From assembly GCA_903873415.1 (NCBI GenBank), contig CAIQOK010000121.1:1486-65485 (forward strand): a stretch of DNA of 64,000 nucleotides. The letters are read 5' to 3'. The notes under the pieces are model-generated. The model ran no database searches and was not told where the DNA came from. It saw only the letters and a list, made by a program, of their open reading frames with translations. The position numbers and the translations under genes are program-made. Source of the stretch: an uncultured Verrucomicrobiota bacterium. Lineage in GTDB: Bacteria; Verrucomicrobiota; Verrucomicrobiia; Limisphaerales; CAIQOK01. Below, piece after piece: positions 48,118 to 58,165 of this stretch; position 1 is the first letter of the stretch, and each line of letters opens with the position of its first letter.

Positions 48118-48244
48118 ATCCGCCCCCCCACCCTGTGCGTCTCTGCCGGTCTTCTTTCTCTTTCCTTACCGGAATTGCGTGACCTGATGCGTCACTCTGA
48201 TTGTTCGCGGCGTGGTCGGCATCACTCCTGCGGAACAGGGGGGC

Positions 48245-48766
48245 ATGAAAAATATCTTTTCCGCCCTGCTTGTTCTGCTAACCCTTCTTGCGGCACGTGA
48301 GGTCGGCCGGGCCCGAAACGTGACACTGGCTTGGAACGCGAGCGCGTCGATCTCCGCGGCGGGTTATAATGTCTACTACGGGACGGCCTCCGGCACCTAT
48401 CCTAAAAAATTCAGCCCGGGCAACGTTACGTCGACCACCCTATCGAACCTGACGGAAGGGGCGACCTACTACTTCGTGGCGACCGCCTACGACCTGAATG
48501 CCAATGAAAGCCCCCGCTCCACTGAAACGAGTTTTATCGTGCCGGGCGTGCTGTCCGTAAGCCGCAGTCCGTCGACCAGCCAACGGGCGCTGCTGAGTTT
48601 TCCGGTGGAGCCGGGCCATTATTACGAGGTGCAAGCCACCACAAATTTCCAGTCCTGGACCAGTCTCTGGCAGACAGGGGTGTCGAGCTCGAACTCATGG
48701 GTCCAGTTCAGCGACTCATCCTCCAGCGCGTTGCGTTCCCGGTTTTACCGGCTGGCGCTGCACTGA
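48245..48766 (+). CDS. Small secreted FN3-like domain protein
   Basis: ATG 48245, signal peptide [43 protein letters not shown]...[11 protein letters not shown] parallels the N-terminal domain of the 705-5429 protein. The C-terminal part ends in RFYRL. Confidence 0.75.
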   Translation: MKNIFSALLVLLTLLAAREVGRARNVTLAWNASASISAAGYNVYYGTASGTYPKKFSPGNVTSTTLSNLTEGATYYFVATAYDLNANESPRSTETSFIVPGVLSVSRSPSTSQRALLSFPVEPGHYYEVQATTNFQSWTSLWQTGVSSSNSWVQFSDSSSSALRSRFYRLALH

Positions 48767-48879
48767 GGCCGGAAGACGTCGCAAACTCCTGCCGCCGGGC
48801 CCTGCAGCCGCTGGATGTCCGGTTCCCGACGCCAACTTTCTTGCCAAAAGCGCGGCAAGAACCTAGGATCCGACATCTT

Positions 48880-49808
48880 ATGGAAAAAGTTGTCATAATC
48901 GGAACCGGCTGCGCCGGGCTCACCGCCGCCCTCTACACCGGGCGAGCGAACCTCACTCCACTGGTTCTCACCGGCCGGCAACCCGGCGGATTGCTGACCA
49001 CCACGAGCATCGTGGAGAACTTCCCCGGCTTTCCCGAAGGCGTGGACGGCTATGAGCTGATGACCCGGCTGCAGAAGAGGCCGAGCGTTTCGGCGCCCGC
49101 ATCCAGTTCGGCATTCTGGAGGGCGTTGACCTGAGCCAACGCCCCTTCACGCTGACCATTGACGGCGAAAAAGTGCAGACCCAGACGCTCATCATCGCCA
49201 CCGGCGCGGGACATCGCCACCTCGGTCTGGAGAGTGAGCATCAGCTGGAAAACAAAGGGGTGACCTACTGTGCCACCTGCGACGGGGCGTTGCCCATGTT
49301 CCGCAACCAACCCTTGGTGGTGGTGGGCGGCGGGGACTCCGCCTGCGAAGAAGCCCTTTACCTGACCCGCTTCGGCTCGGTGGTATATCTCATCCATCGC
49401 CGCGACAGCCTGCGCGCCTCGAAAATCATGAGCGACCGCGTTCTGGCCCACGCCAAAATCAAGCCCGTCTGGGACTCGGTCGTCACCGAGGTGCTCGACG
49501 TGAAGCAGGACAAGGTCACCGGAGTGCGTGTGAAGAATCTGAAAACCAACGCGGAATCCGTCGTGGATTGCTCGGGGGTTTTTGTGGCCATCGGCCATGT
49601 GCCCAACACCGACGTTTTCAAAGAGGTGATTGACCGGGACGAGGCGGGTTACATCGTGCCCAGGAAGGGTGCCGCCACGAACATTCCGGGCGTGTTTGTC
49701 GCCGGCGACTGCGCCGACCGGGTTTACCGTCAGGCCATCACGGCGGCGGGCATGGGCTGCGCCGCAGCCATTGAAGCCGAGCGTTTTCTTGAGTCCCTCA
49801 ATCAGTGA
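48880..49808 (+). pseudogene. trxB: Thioredoxin-disulfide reductase, interrupted by a frameshift near 49075-49080
   Basis: Frame A (48880-49134): [25 protein letters not shown]...[21 protein letters not shown], then nonsense. The -1 frame from ~49077 reads (E)[11 protein letters not shown]...TLIIATGAGHRHLG...YCATCDGALPMF (the CxxC redox motif)...VVGGGDSACEEA...FVAGDCADRVYRQAITAAGMGCAAA. One nucleotide appears to be missing in cagaag^aggccgag. Confidence 0.85.
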
Positions 49809-49949
49809 CCCGTTGGAGGGGCACCCGATTTTCCTTTCACCCCCCGGACAGGTCGTGCTGGCCGGGGGGTGAAAATCCGGATGCGGATTTGCCCATCAAA
49901 ACATTTTTGGTGTGGGACTTTTCGAGCCTCGTGCTACTGTGCGGAGACC

Positions 49950-50855
49950 ATGACGCCGCACAGTCCAAACTTTTCAGGCCAATCCGCGCACAATCCCGGC
50001 CGGGTGTTTTTTCTCGACGGACAAAACGACCTGCCCATGCTGGAAATCAGCACCGATTGGAGCAGGGCTGAGATTTATCTGCACGGTGCCCACCTCACCG
50101 GGTTCCAAAAAAAGGGGCAAGCCCCCCTGCTCTTCATGAGCCAGTGCTCCCGCTTCGCACCAGACCAGCCCATCCGGGGCGGCATTCCCGTGATCTTCCC
50201 GTGGTTCGGTGCCCGCGAGGGACTTGGGATGCACGGGGCGGTCCGCACGCGGGCTTGGGAACTCAGGGAAATCGCCCCCGCGACGGATGGCTCTGTCACG
50301 GTGCGATTGCGCTTTCCACACCCGACGGAGTCAGAAACCAACCCGCCTTTCAACCTGGAATATGTGATCACCGTCAACCAAAGCCTGACTTTGGAGTTGA
50401 TCGCCACGAACGAGTCCGCAGCCGAGCCCTTGATCTTTGAAAACTGCCTGCACACCTATTTCTCCGTCGGTGACATCTCCAGCGTCGAGGTCCGCGGCTT
50501 AAAGGGGGCAGATTATCTCGACAACACCGAGAAACTTCTGCGCAAGTCGGAAACAGCAGACGCCCTGCGGATCCACTCTGAGGTGGACCGGGTCTATCTG
50601 GACACCGCGGCCCCGGTGGAGATCCACGACTCCCAATTAAACCGGGTCATTCTCATCGAGAAGGAAAACTCCGTCTCGACGGTGGTATGGAATCCTTGGG
50701 TGGCCAAGGCGCAACAAATGCCGGATTTCGGCGATGAAGAATACCGGCAAATGCTCTGCGTGGAGTCGGGCAACGTGAAATCCAACCGACTCACGCTGGC
50801 CCCCGGGCAGAGCGCGAGCCTTAAAGTGCGCTACAGCAGCGAGACTTTGGCGTAA
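49950..50855 (+). CDS. Aldose 1-epimerase-family protein (glucose-6-phosphate 1-epimerase, YeaD-like)
   Basis: ATG 49950. IRGGIPVIFPWFG...HGAVRT..W and ESGNV motifs typical of the D-hexose-6-phosphate mutarotase family. Confidence 0.8.
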   Translation: MTPHSPNFSGQSAHNPGRVFFLDGQNDLPMLEISTDWSRAEIYLHGAHLTGFQKKGQAPLLFMSQCSRFAPDQPIRGGIPVIFPWFGAREGLGMHGAVRTRAWELREIAPATDGSVTVRLRFPHPTESETNPPFNLEYVITVNQSLTLELIATNESAAEPLIFENCLHTYFSVGDISSVEVRGLKGADYLDNTEKLLRKSETADALRIHSEVDRVYLDTAAPVEIHDSQLNRVILIEKENSVSTVVWNPWVAKAQQMPDFGDEEYRQMLCVESGNVKSNRLTLAPGQSASLKVRYSSETLA

Positions 50856-51004
50856 GCCCGACAACGCCGGAAGTTTATTAAAAGCGCGACTGCCGGGGCC
50901 GGCCCTCCGCCACATTCGCAAGCCCGGCTTCCAACATCCAGTCAGTTGTCCCGGGTGCGGCTATCCCCTTGCGATCGGGCTTCAGGCCGATAGGATATCG
51001 CATT

Positions 51005-52369
51005 GTGAATTCGCTGCCTGAATTCGTCCTGCAAAACCTGCGCCAACACGGGCTCTTTCACCCCCGTCAGAAAATCCTTGTGGCGGTGTCCGGGGGGCTG
51101 GATTCCATGGTGTTGCTCGGTATTTTGCACGAACTGTCGGCGGTTTTTTCCTGGCGGCTTACAGTTGCCCACCTCAACCACCAACTGCGCGGCCGCGCCA
51201 GCACCGCCGATGAGCGCTTGGTCATCCGCACGGCTGAAAAACTGGACCTGCCCTCCGTCACCGAGAGTGCCGACGTGAAACAACTTGCGCAGGCCGGCAA
51301 AATCTCCGTGGAAATGGCCGCACGCCAAGCCCGGCATGATTTTCTGGCCCGCACCGCCCGCCGCCTGAGAATCCAGAAAATCGCTCTGGCGCATCATGCG
51401 GACGATCAGCTCGAACTTTTTTTCTTGCGCCTGCTGCGCGGCAGCGGCGGCGAGGGCCTCTCGGGCATGCCCTGGATCAATCCCTCGCCCGGAGATCCAA
51501 GGGTGCAGCTCGTCAGACCCTTACTCAACATGTCCAAGTCGGACTTGCTATCCTTCGCCATTGCCAAAAACCTCGTTTTTCATCAGGACGCCACCAACGC
51601 GTCCCTGGACATCCTGCGCAACCGCGTGCGCCACCTGCTCTTGCCTTTGCTACGGCGGGACTACCAACCCGCGCTGGACCGGGTCATTCCACGGGTGATG
51701 GATCTGGTCGGGGCGGAGGCGGACTTGGCAATGGCGGCGGCGGCGGAGTGGTTGCGTGACAAACTCGGCGCTTTTGGCAGCCTGCCTCTGGCGGTGCAAC
51801 GCCGCGTGATCCACCGCCAGTTGATCCACTCCGGCATCACCCCGGATTTCCATTTGGTGGAGCAATTGCGCACCACACCCGGCCAACCCTTCACACTCTC
51901 CCCGCAGCTGAGCGTCCGCCGAAGCGAGAGGGGCGACCTCGATCTGATTCATCCCCCCGCACCGCCCGCGCCGCGCGTCGCCAAGACGGTGGACTTGGGG
52001 ATCCGGCCCGGAACGATTGATTTCGGTGCGGTGCGGCTTTCGTGGCGGCGTCTGGCAGGTTCCGCACCTCTGCCGATTTGTTCCCACCCCGGGCAAGAGT
52101 TGTTTGATGCGGATAAAATCGGGCTCGTTATCACATTGCGCCAATGGGAACCCGGCGACAGGTTTCAACCCAGCGGCCGTTCCCAGGCCGTGAAACTGCA
52201 GGATCTCTTCACCAATCAGAAAATTCCCAAGTCCGAACGGCACGGGCTGGTGGTGGCGGCCACAGCGGCCGGGGAGATTTTTTGGGTGGAGCAACTCCGC
52301 ATCTCTGAGCGGTTCAAATTATCATCCACCTCGAATCGCCGCTTGCTTTGGCGCTGGAATCGGCCTTAA
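51005..52369 (+). CDS. tilS: tRNA(Ile)-lysidine synthase
   Basis: PP-loop ILVAVSGGLDSMVLL. AHLNHQLRG and ALAHHADDQLE. Sits upstream of ftsH (conserved tilS-ftsH neighbourhood). Start uncertain: GTG 51005 or TTG 50969. Confidence 0.9.
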   Translation: MNSLPEFVLQNLRQHGLFHPRQKILVAVSGGLDSMVLLGILHELSAVFSWRLTVAHLNHQLRGRASTADERLVIRTAEKLDLPSVTESADVKQLAQAGKISVEMAARQARHDFLARTARRLRIQKIALAHHADDQLELFFLRLLRGSGGEGLSGMPWINPSPGDPRVQLVRPLLNMSKSDLLSFAIAKNLVFHQDATNASLDILRNRVRHLLLPLLRRDYQPALDRVIPRVMDLVGAEADLAMAAAAEWLRDKLGAFGSLPLAVQRRVIHRQLIHSGITPDFHLVEQLRTTPGQPFTLSPQLSVRRSERGDLDLIHPPAPPAPRVAKTVDLGIRPGTIDFGAVRLSWRRLAGSAPLPICSHPGQELFDADKIGLVITLRQWEPGDRFQPSGRSQAVKLQDLFTNQKIPKSERHGLVVAATAAGEIFWVEQLRISERFKLSSTSNRRLLWRWNRP

Positions 52370-52424
52370 ATAGCCTGCTTGCGGGAGTTTTCTTCCCGTG
52401 ATAGTTTGGCGCACTCTTCATACC

Positions 52425-54491
52425 ATGGCTGACGACAATAAAGTGACCGGCGACGACAAGAACACGAAAAAGGGCGGCGAATTCCGCGTGCCCCCAAAAA
52501 CTTGGATTGTATGGATCGCCATTCTGGGTGCCATCACCGCCCTGGTGTTGTTCAAAGACCGTCTGGAATATCAGGGAGAGATTCTCTCGCAGTATGAATT
52601 CCAGAAGAAGGTGGATCTCAATCTCATCGCCCAAGCCACCATTAACTACAGTGCCCCGGCCCAAACGCTCACGGAAATCATGGGCGGATATTACCGCACC
52701 GACAAAGAGGGGAGGTTCTTGGACAAGGCCGGCACTCCGGCCAAAGACAGCGCCCATGCCGACGTGATTCCATTCCGCTCCCGGATCCGTTTGACTGAGA
52801 AGATTGAAAACAATCTCCTGGAGAAGCCCCAGTTCGAGCTGCATCAGCCCAATGAAGTGCTTCTGAGCGTAATTTGGAGCGTGCTACCCATCGTGGTGAT
52901 TGCCGGCTTCATCTGGTTTTTCTTCATCCGTCAGATCAAGATGGCCGGCAAAGGGGCCTTGAGTTTTGGAAAGAGCAAAGCCCGGCTTCTCGCCAAGGAA
53001 CGCAACAAAACCACCTTCAAAGACGTCGCCGGCATCGAGGAGGCAATCGAAGAGGTTTCTGAGCTGGTGGAGTTCCTCAAGGATCCAAAGAAATTCCAGC
53101 GGCTCGGCGGCCGCATTCCAACAGGCGTTCTCATGGTCGGCCCTCCCGGCACCGGCAAGACCCTTCTGGCCAAGGCCATCGCCGGCGAGGCCGACGCCAC
53201 CTTCTTCAGCATCAGCGGCTCGGATTTTGTCGAAATGTTCGTCGGCGTGGGTGCCAGCCGGGTGCGCGACATGTTTGAACAGGCCCGGAAAAACACACCC
53301 TGCCTGATATTCATCGACGAAATTGATGCCGTGGGCCGCAGTCGCGGACATGGTCTGGGAGGCGGGAACGACGAGCGCGAACAGACCCTCAACGCTCTGC
53401 TCGTCGAGATGGACGGGTTCGACACCCAGGAAGGGATCATTATCATTGCGGCCACCAACCGGCCGGACGTGCTGGATCCCGCCCTGCTCCGCCCCGGCCG
53501 TTTCGACCGACAGGTCACCGTCAATCTTCCTGATGTCCGCGGTCGCGAAGCCATTCTGAAGGTGCACGCCAAAAACGTGAAGCTCGAGCTCGGGGTGGAC
53601 TTGTCCATCATCGCCCGCGGCACGCCCGGTTTTTCCGGAGCGGAACTGGCTAACCTGCTGAATGAAGCGGCGCTGCTGGCCGCCCGCACCAACCGCAAGG
53701 CAGTGGGTCTGGCCGAACTGGAAGAGGCCCGCGACAAGGTCCGCTGGGGGCGCGAACGCCGCAGCCTTGCCATGACGGATGAGGAGAAGAAATTCACAGC
53801 CTGGCATGAGGCCGGCCATGCCTTGGTCAATGTCCTCCTCAAACACACCCACCCCCTTCATAAGGTCACCATCATTCCCCGGGGCCAGTCCCTGGGCGCC
53901 ACCATGTATCTGCCCAAGCAGGACATGCACAGCCGCAAACGCAAGGAAATGCTCGATATGATCGCCGTGACGATGGCCGGGCGCATCGCCGAGGAAATCA
54001 TCTCCGACGACACCTCGACAGGGGCGGCCATGGACATCCAGCAGGCCACCCAGCTGGCCCGCGCGATGGTCTGCCAATACGGCATGAGCGAAAAGGTCGG
54101 CATGGTCCAGTATGGCGACGATGATGAGTATGTCTTTCTGGGCAGGGAAATGGGCCGCACCAAGAACTTCAGCGAACACACCGCACAGGACATTGATGAG
54201 GAAATCAAGCGTATCATTCACGAACAGTTTGAAATAGCCCGCGAAATCATTGCCATCCACCGCGACAAATTGGAGCTCATCGCCAAGTATCTGCTCGAGT
54301 TTGAGACCTTGGAAGGGGCACAGGTGGACGAAATCATCCGCACTGGGCAGTTCACGCCGCCGCCCAAACCGCCCGCCCAGATTGATCCGCCGCTGGGCGC
54401 TCCGGCCGGCACACCTTTGCCCGAACCGCCCCCGAAGACCGCCCCGCCCAAACTACCCGGATTGGGATCCCCGGCCCCCTCGCCGGTCTGA
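52425..54491 (+). CDS. ftsH: ATP-dependent zinc metalloprotease FtsH
   Basis: Walker [14 protein letters not shown], Walker [10 protein letters not shown] (here LIFIDEIDA), SRH region [20 protein letters not shown], and zinc motif HEAGHAL. Two N-terminal TM segments. Confidence 0.97.
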   Translation: MADDNKVTGDDKNTKKGGEFRVPPKTWIVWIAILGAITALVLFKDRLEYQGEILSQYEFQKKVDLNLIAQATINYSAPAQTLTEIMGGYYRTDKEGRFLDKAGTPAKDSAHADVIPFRSRIRLTEKIENNLLEKPQFELHQPNEVLLSVIWSVLPIVVIAGFIWFFFIRQIKMAGKGALSFGKSKARLLAKERNKTTFKDVAGIEEAIEEVSELVEFLKDPKKFQRLGGRIPTGVLMVGPPGTGKTLLAKAIAGEADATFFSISGSDFVEMFVGVGASRVRDMFEQARKNTPCLIFIDEIDAVGRSRGHGLGGGNDEREQTLNALLVEMDGFDTQEGIIIIAATNRPDVLDPALLRPGRFDRQVTVNLPDVRGREAILKVHAKNVKLELGVDLSIIARGTPGFSGAELANLLNEAALLAARTNRKAVGLAELEEARDKVRWGRERRSLAMTDEEKKFTAWHEAGHALVNVLLKHTHPLHKVTIIPRGQSLGATMYLPKQDMHSRKRKEMLDMIAVTMAGRIAEEIISDDTSTGAAMDIQQATQLARAMVCQYGMSEKVGMVQYGDDDEYVFLGREMGRTKNFSEHTAQDIDEEIKRIIHEQFEIAREIIAIHRDKLELIAKYLLEFETLEGAQVDEIIRTGQFTPPPKPPAQIDPPLGAPAGTPLPEPPPKTAPPKLPGLGSPAPSPV

Positions 54492-54511
54492 AAAGTTTTG
54501 TTTATGGGGTT

Positions 54512-54545
54512 AAAACGGCAGCCCTTCCGGCTGCCGTTTTTTTAT
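54512..54545 (+). terminator. Rho-independent terminator after ftsH
   Basis: aaaacggcagcc cttcc ggctgccgtttt followed by ttttt. Confidence 0.85.
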
Positions 54546-54613
54546 TGGGAAGCTCGACTTCGGGCCATTTCCATCTTCCATTCGCGGAGCCCCCTGCTCT
54601 ATCCTGAGGAACG

Positions 54614-55297
54614 ATGATTATCGCCCCTTCGTTGTTGGCCAGCAATCATGCCCGCCTAGCCAAGGAAGTCCAGCGCGCGGAGCGCTCCGGAGCCGAATGG
54701 CTTCATATCGACATCATGGACGGGCATTTCGTTCCGAATCTTTCCTTCGGGCCGGCCATTGTGGAAGCCATCCGGCCGCTGACCCGCCTCTTCCTGGACG
54801 TGCATTTGATGTGCAGCAAACCGGAGATCCTGCTGACCCCTTTCGCACAGGCCGGAGCCGACCAACTCACCGTCCATGTTGAGTTGGGCGATCATGTCAC
54901 CGCTCTGCTGTGGAAGATCAAGTCCTTGGGCAAGAAAGTAGGACTTGCCGTCAACCCGCCCACAGCGGTGGCCCAACTCATTCCGCATCTGGCACACATC
55001 GACACTTTGCTGGTGATGACCGTCAACCCGGGTTTTGGCGGGCAGCCTTTCATTCACGAAACACTGCCAAAGCTCCAACAGGCCGCGGAGTGGCGCCAGA
55101 AAAAGGGCCTGCACTACCGCATCCAAGTCGATGGCGGAATCAATTTCAAAACCGCCGGGGAATGCGCCCGGGCCGGGGCCGACACCTTCGTCAGCGGGAC
55201 GAGCCTGTTTGCCGCGCCGCAATTGGGGGCGGCAGTCAAGAAAATGCGCCGCACCGTCCGGGAGAACGACCCCGCCCGCGCCAATCTGACCGTCTAA
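54614..55297 (+). CDS. rpe: Ribulose-phosphate 3-epimerase
   Basis: IAPSLLASNHARLAKEV...GAEWLHIDIMDGHFVPNLSFGP...MTVNPGFGGQ.F...VDGGIN. Confidence 0.95.
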   Translation: MIIAPSLLASNHARLAKEVQRAERSGAEWLHIDIMDGHFVPNLSFGPAIVEAIRPLTRLFLDVHLMCSKPEILLTPFAQAGADQLTVHVELGDHVTALLWKIKSLGKKVGLAVNPPTAVAQLIPHLAHIDTLLVMTVNPGFGGQPFIHETLPKLQQAAEWRQKKGLHYRIQVDGGINFKTAGECARAGADTFVSGTSLFAAPQLGAAVKKMRRTVRENDPARANLTV

Positions 55298-55342
55298 GCC
55301 TCCGTTCCGGCAAGGCCCCGGATTGTTTGAGAATTCCGCCGA

Positions 55343-56632
55343 TCAAACCTCGGCTGCAGCATCCCCCAACAGCCCGGCTTTGCGGGCGTGCCGCCCATAA
55401 ACCCACTCGAAAATCGGCGTGGCCATCAGGGTGGTCACTATCGCCATCAACACCATGATGGAAAACAGGGCCGGCTGGATGACCCCTTTCTGCAATCCGA
55501 TATTGAGAATGATCAGTTCCATAAGCCCCCTGGAATTCATCAAGGCCCCCACCGCCAATGCCGTGCGGTTGTCCTCGCCGCTCATTCGCGCTGCCGCCCA
55601 GCAAGCCACTCCCTTGCCCAGCACCGAGGCCGCAAGCAGGCACAGGGCGATGCAAAGAAGCGACGGGCTGTTGACCAGGTCCAGGCGTGTGTTCAGGCCG
55701 GAAAAGGTGAAGAACATGGGCAGCAAAAAAACCACAACAAAGGGCTGAAGCTTTTCCTGCAGTTCCCGCGCGAAAAAACCCCGCGGCATCGCCGTCCCCA
55801 GCAAAAAACCGCCAAACACGGCGTGAATCCCAATGGCATCCATCGCCCAAGCGGCCAGACAAAAGAGCATCAAAACCGCCCCCAGCACGGTGCTGGAAAC
55901 CTTCCCCTCGCGCTCGACCAACCGACCCAGAGGCGCAAGCAGTCTCCGCGCCCCACCAACCATCAGCAGCCCGTAAGCCCCACCTCCCGCAATCGCCCGG
56001 ATGGCAACGAAGGCATCCACGCTCCCGTCCGGGAGTTTTTGGAAACTGGCCAGCACCACCGCCAGCACACACCAGGCCGCCGCATCATCAATCGCCCCCG
56101 CCGCCAGCGCCAGTGTCCCCAGCGACGTGCCCGTCAACCCCCGCTCATAAATGATCCGGGCCAGCATGGGAAAGGCGGTGATAGCCATTGCCGCGCCGAG
56201 AAAGAGGGTTGCCTCGAACAAGTTGGCCTGGGTGGAGAACAAGCCCGGGACCTTCAAAAGCCACGGGGCCAGAAGCACTGCGCACCCAAAGGGCGCAACC
56301 ATCCCGGCCAGTGACACCGCAGCGGCACTCCGCGCCCTGCGCCGGAACAACTCGGTCTTGAACTCCGTTCCGACCAGAAACATGTAAAGCCCGACCCCCA
56401 GTTGAGCCCCCACATAAAGCACCTTCAGCGATTCCGGCGGGAAGACCGTTTTTTGAAACGCGGGAAAAAGCCACCCCATCAACGAAGGCCCCAGGAAAAC
56501 CCCCGCGATCATTTCCCCAACCACCTGCGGCTGCCCCAGACGCCTTGCCAATGCACCCACCCCCCGGCAAATCCCAAGGATGCAGGCCATCTGAAAAAAG
56601 AAGGCTACTGACAGTTCCGGACCGCTCATCAT
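55343..56632 (-). CDS. Cation:proton antiporter (CPA2 / Kef-NapA type)
   Basis: ATG 56632. LARRLGQPQVVGEMIAGVFLGPS is the CPA2 N-terminal signature. About 12 TM helices; no KTN domain seen. Confidence 0.85.
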   Translation of the reverse strand: MMSGPELSVAFFFQMACILGICRGVGALARRLGQPQVVGEMIAGVFLGPSLMGWLFPAFQKTVFPPESLKVLYVGAQLGVGLYMFLVGTEFKTELFRRRARSAAAVSLAGMVAPFGCAVLLAPWLLKVPGLFSTQANLFEATLFLGAAMAITAFPMLARIIYERGLTGTSLGTLALAAGAIDDAAAWCVLAVVLASFQKLPDGSVDAFVAIRAIAGGGAYGLLMVGGARRLLAPLGRLVEREGKVSSTVLGAVLMLFCLAAWAMDAIGIHAVFGGFLLGTAMPRGFFARELQEKLQPFVVVFLLPMFFTFSGLNTRLDLVNSPSLLCIALCLLAASVLGKGVACWAAARMSGEDNRTALAVGALMNSRGLMELIILNIGLQKGVIQPALFSIMVLMAIVTTLMATPIFEWVYGRHARKAGLLGDAAAEV

Positions 56633-57311
56633 AGTGCTGTTTTCGTTTCGCCGACCTTGAACTTCCTTGACGCCCCCATTAAGAGCAAGATGAAAGCGGC
56701 AGCAGTTTTGGCACAACTGACCTGTGCGCCCCACGCTCGGGCCTTTGTCTCATTCCGCTTCAATCTGGACGAAGCAAAAGCAACCGGGCGTTCCTGGGCC
56801 CGATGCTAAGGATTAGCCTCGCGTCTAGGCTGTTTTCAGAGGCTTCATAAGGCCCCGCCTCCAAGCATTTAACTCCCGGTTCGTTCCACATCTGCGCCCG
56901 CGATTGATTCGTTCCAGTCCGGGTTTGTCGGAAAATTTATTTGCCGATGACGGCGGATGGGCGTAAAAAAACACGCAAATCCCCGGCGATGGCTCGCAAA
57001 GTTTCCACGGCGCATGACCGGTTGGGCATGGCCCTGAGCCGCCGCATACGATGCTGCCGCGAGAACCTTGATGTAGTAAAGTAGAGTCCCCTTGGGATGC
57101 GCCCTGTTTTTCTGGTAAGTCTGGGGTAGGCGCAACTCGGCACTGTAGCTCAGCCGGATCGGGCGGGAATAGCAACCTGTTCGCGGCATCCGCCTGCCGG
57201 AATCTCTGCCGAGGCCCCCCTGAATCCATAGCCGGCGCCAATAAACTTGTGCCTCGCGTTCTCCACAGCACTTGGGACAAGGCGCAGGCGACAAACCCTA
57301 TCGCCCGGTCT

Positions 57312-57346
57312 GGAAAAGAAGAACGCCGCCCAAGCCGGGCGGCGTT
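57312..57346 (-). terminator. Rho-independent terminator after the peroxiredoxin gene
   Basis: Stem aacgccgccc/gggcggcgtt with loop aagcc. The minus strand continues cttcttttcc. Confidence 0.7.
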
Positions 57347-57382
57347 CCTGAGACGGTTCAATCCGCGCGAAGAAGGAACCGG

Positions 57383-57862
57383 TCAGTTCAATTTCGAAAG
57401 CACTTCCTTGATCGCGGCAAAGTTGGGCAGGTCCTTAGGGGTGGCTGTCTGCTCGCTGTATTGGATGATCCCCTGCTTATCAACGACGAAGGCCGCGCGG
57501 GCAGAGGTGTCGCCCACTCCGGCGAGCATTGGAAACACCACATCATAAGCTTTGGTCACCGCCTTGTTGAGGTCGCTGGCCAGCTTGATGCCTATTTTTT
57601 CCTTCTGGGCCCAGGCGTCCTGCGCGAACGGGCTGTCCACACTGATGCCCAGAACATCGGCGTTGAGGCTTGTGTAAGCCGCCAAGCCTGCGGTCAGATC
57701 GCACAGTTCGGTGGTGCACACGCTTGTAAATGCGAGCGGAAAGAAGAGGATCACGGTGTTCTTCTGGCCGAGGTTGTCGCTGAGTTTGATATCCACCAGA
57801 CCGGTGGACTGTTTCGATTTCAAACTGAAATCCGGAGCCTTGCTGCCAACAGAGATTGCCAT
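57383..57862 (-). CDS. Peroxiredoxin (AhpC/TSA family)
   Basis: KAPDFSLKS...ILFFPLAFTSVCTTELC contains the peroxidatic Cys motif. 159 aa. Confidence 0.9.
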   Translation of the reverse strand: MAISVGSKAPDFSLKSKQSTGLVDIKLSDNLGQKNTVILFFPLAFTSVCTTELCDLTAGLAAYTSLNADVLGISVDSPFAQDAWAQKEKIGIKLASDLNKAVTKAYDVVFPMLAGVGDTSARAAFVVDKQGIIQYSEQTATPKDLPNFAAIKEVLSKLN

Positions 57863-58165
57863 AGTTGTTTTTGTTTGTTTCGGTTAAATCCAGTGGTCTT
57901 TATAAACAGGGCGGCGCCACCTGTCAATCCGCGGACCCCGAATTGCAGGGATTCTCGTTTTGACTCCACGCAGTCGAAATTCATGGGAATCCCGCACCCC
58001 AACCCCGCCCGAGTCGCGCGGCCATGGCGTTGTTCCGCTCGCAGAGGCGGGCGATGCGATGGAGTGCTTGGAACCTGAAGGTAAAGAGGCAAGGGTGCGG
58101 AGAATTGCTAGGATTAGAACCGGTTGCAGCCTCGTTTATAGCTAACTTTTTTCTACACCGTTCGG

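Noticed and set aside
52884-54260. 458-aa and 305-aa minus-strand ORFs opposite ftsH
   Set aside because: FtsH on the plus strand has Walker A/B, SRH and HEAGH motifs. The antisense ORFs are artefacts of stop-codon-poor GC-rich sequence. The same reasoning rejects 17341-18351(+), 23362-24336(+), 30447-31511(+), 34868-35878(-), 38189-39412(-), 55388-56314(+), 61170-62036(-) and 9944-11086(+).
57137-57190. tRNA-like D-arm string gtagctcagccgg
   Set aside because: There is no matching D-stem 3' half, anticodon stem, T-arm (GTTCRA) or acceptor pairing, so it cannot fold into a cloverleaf.
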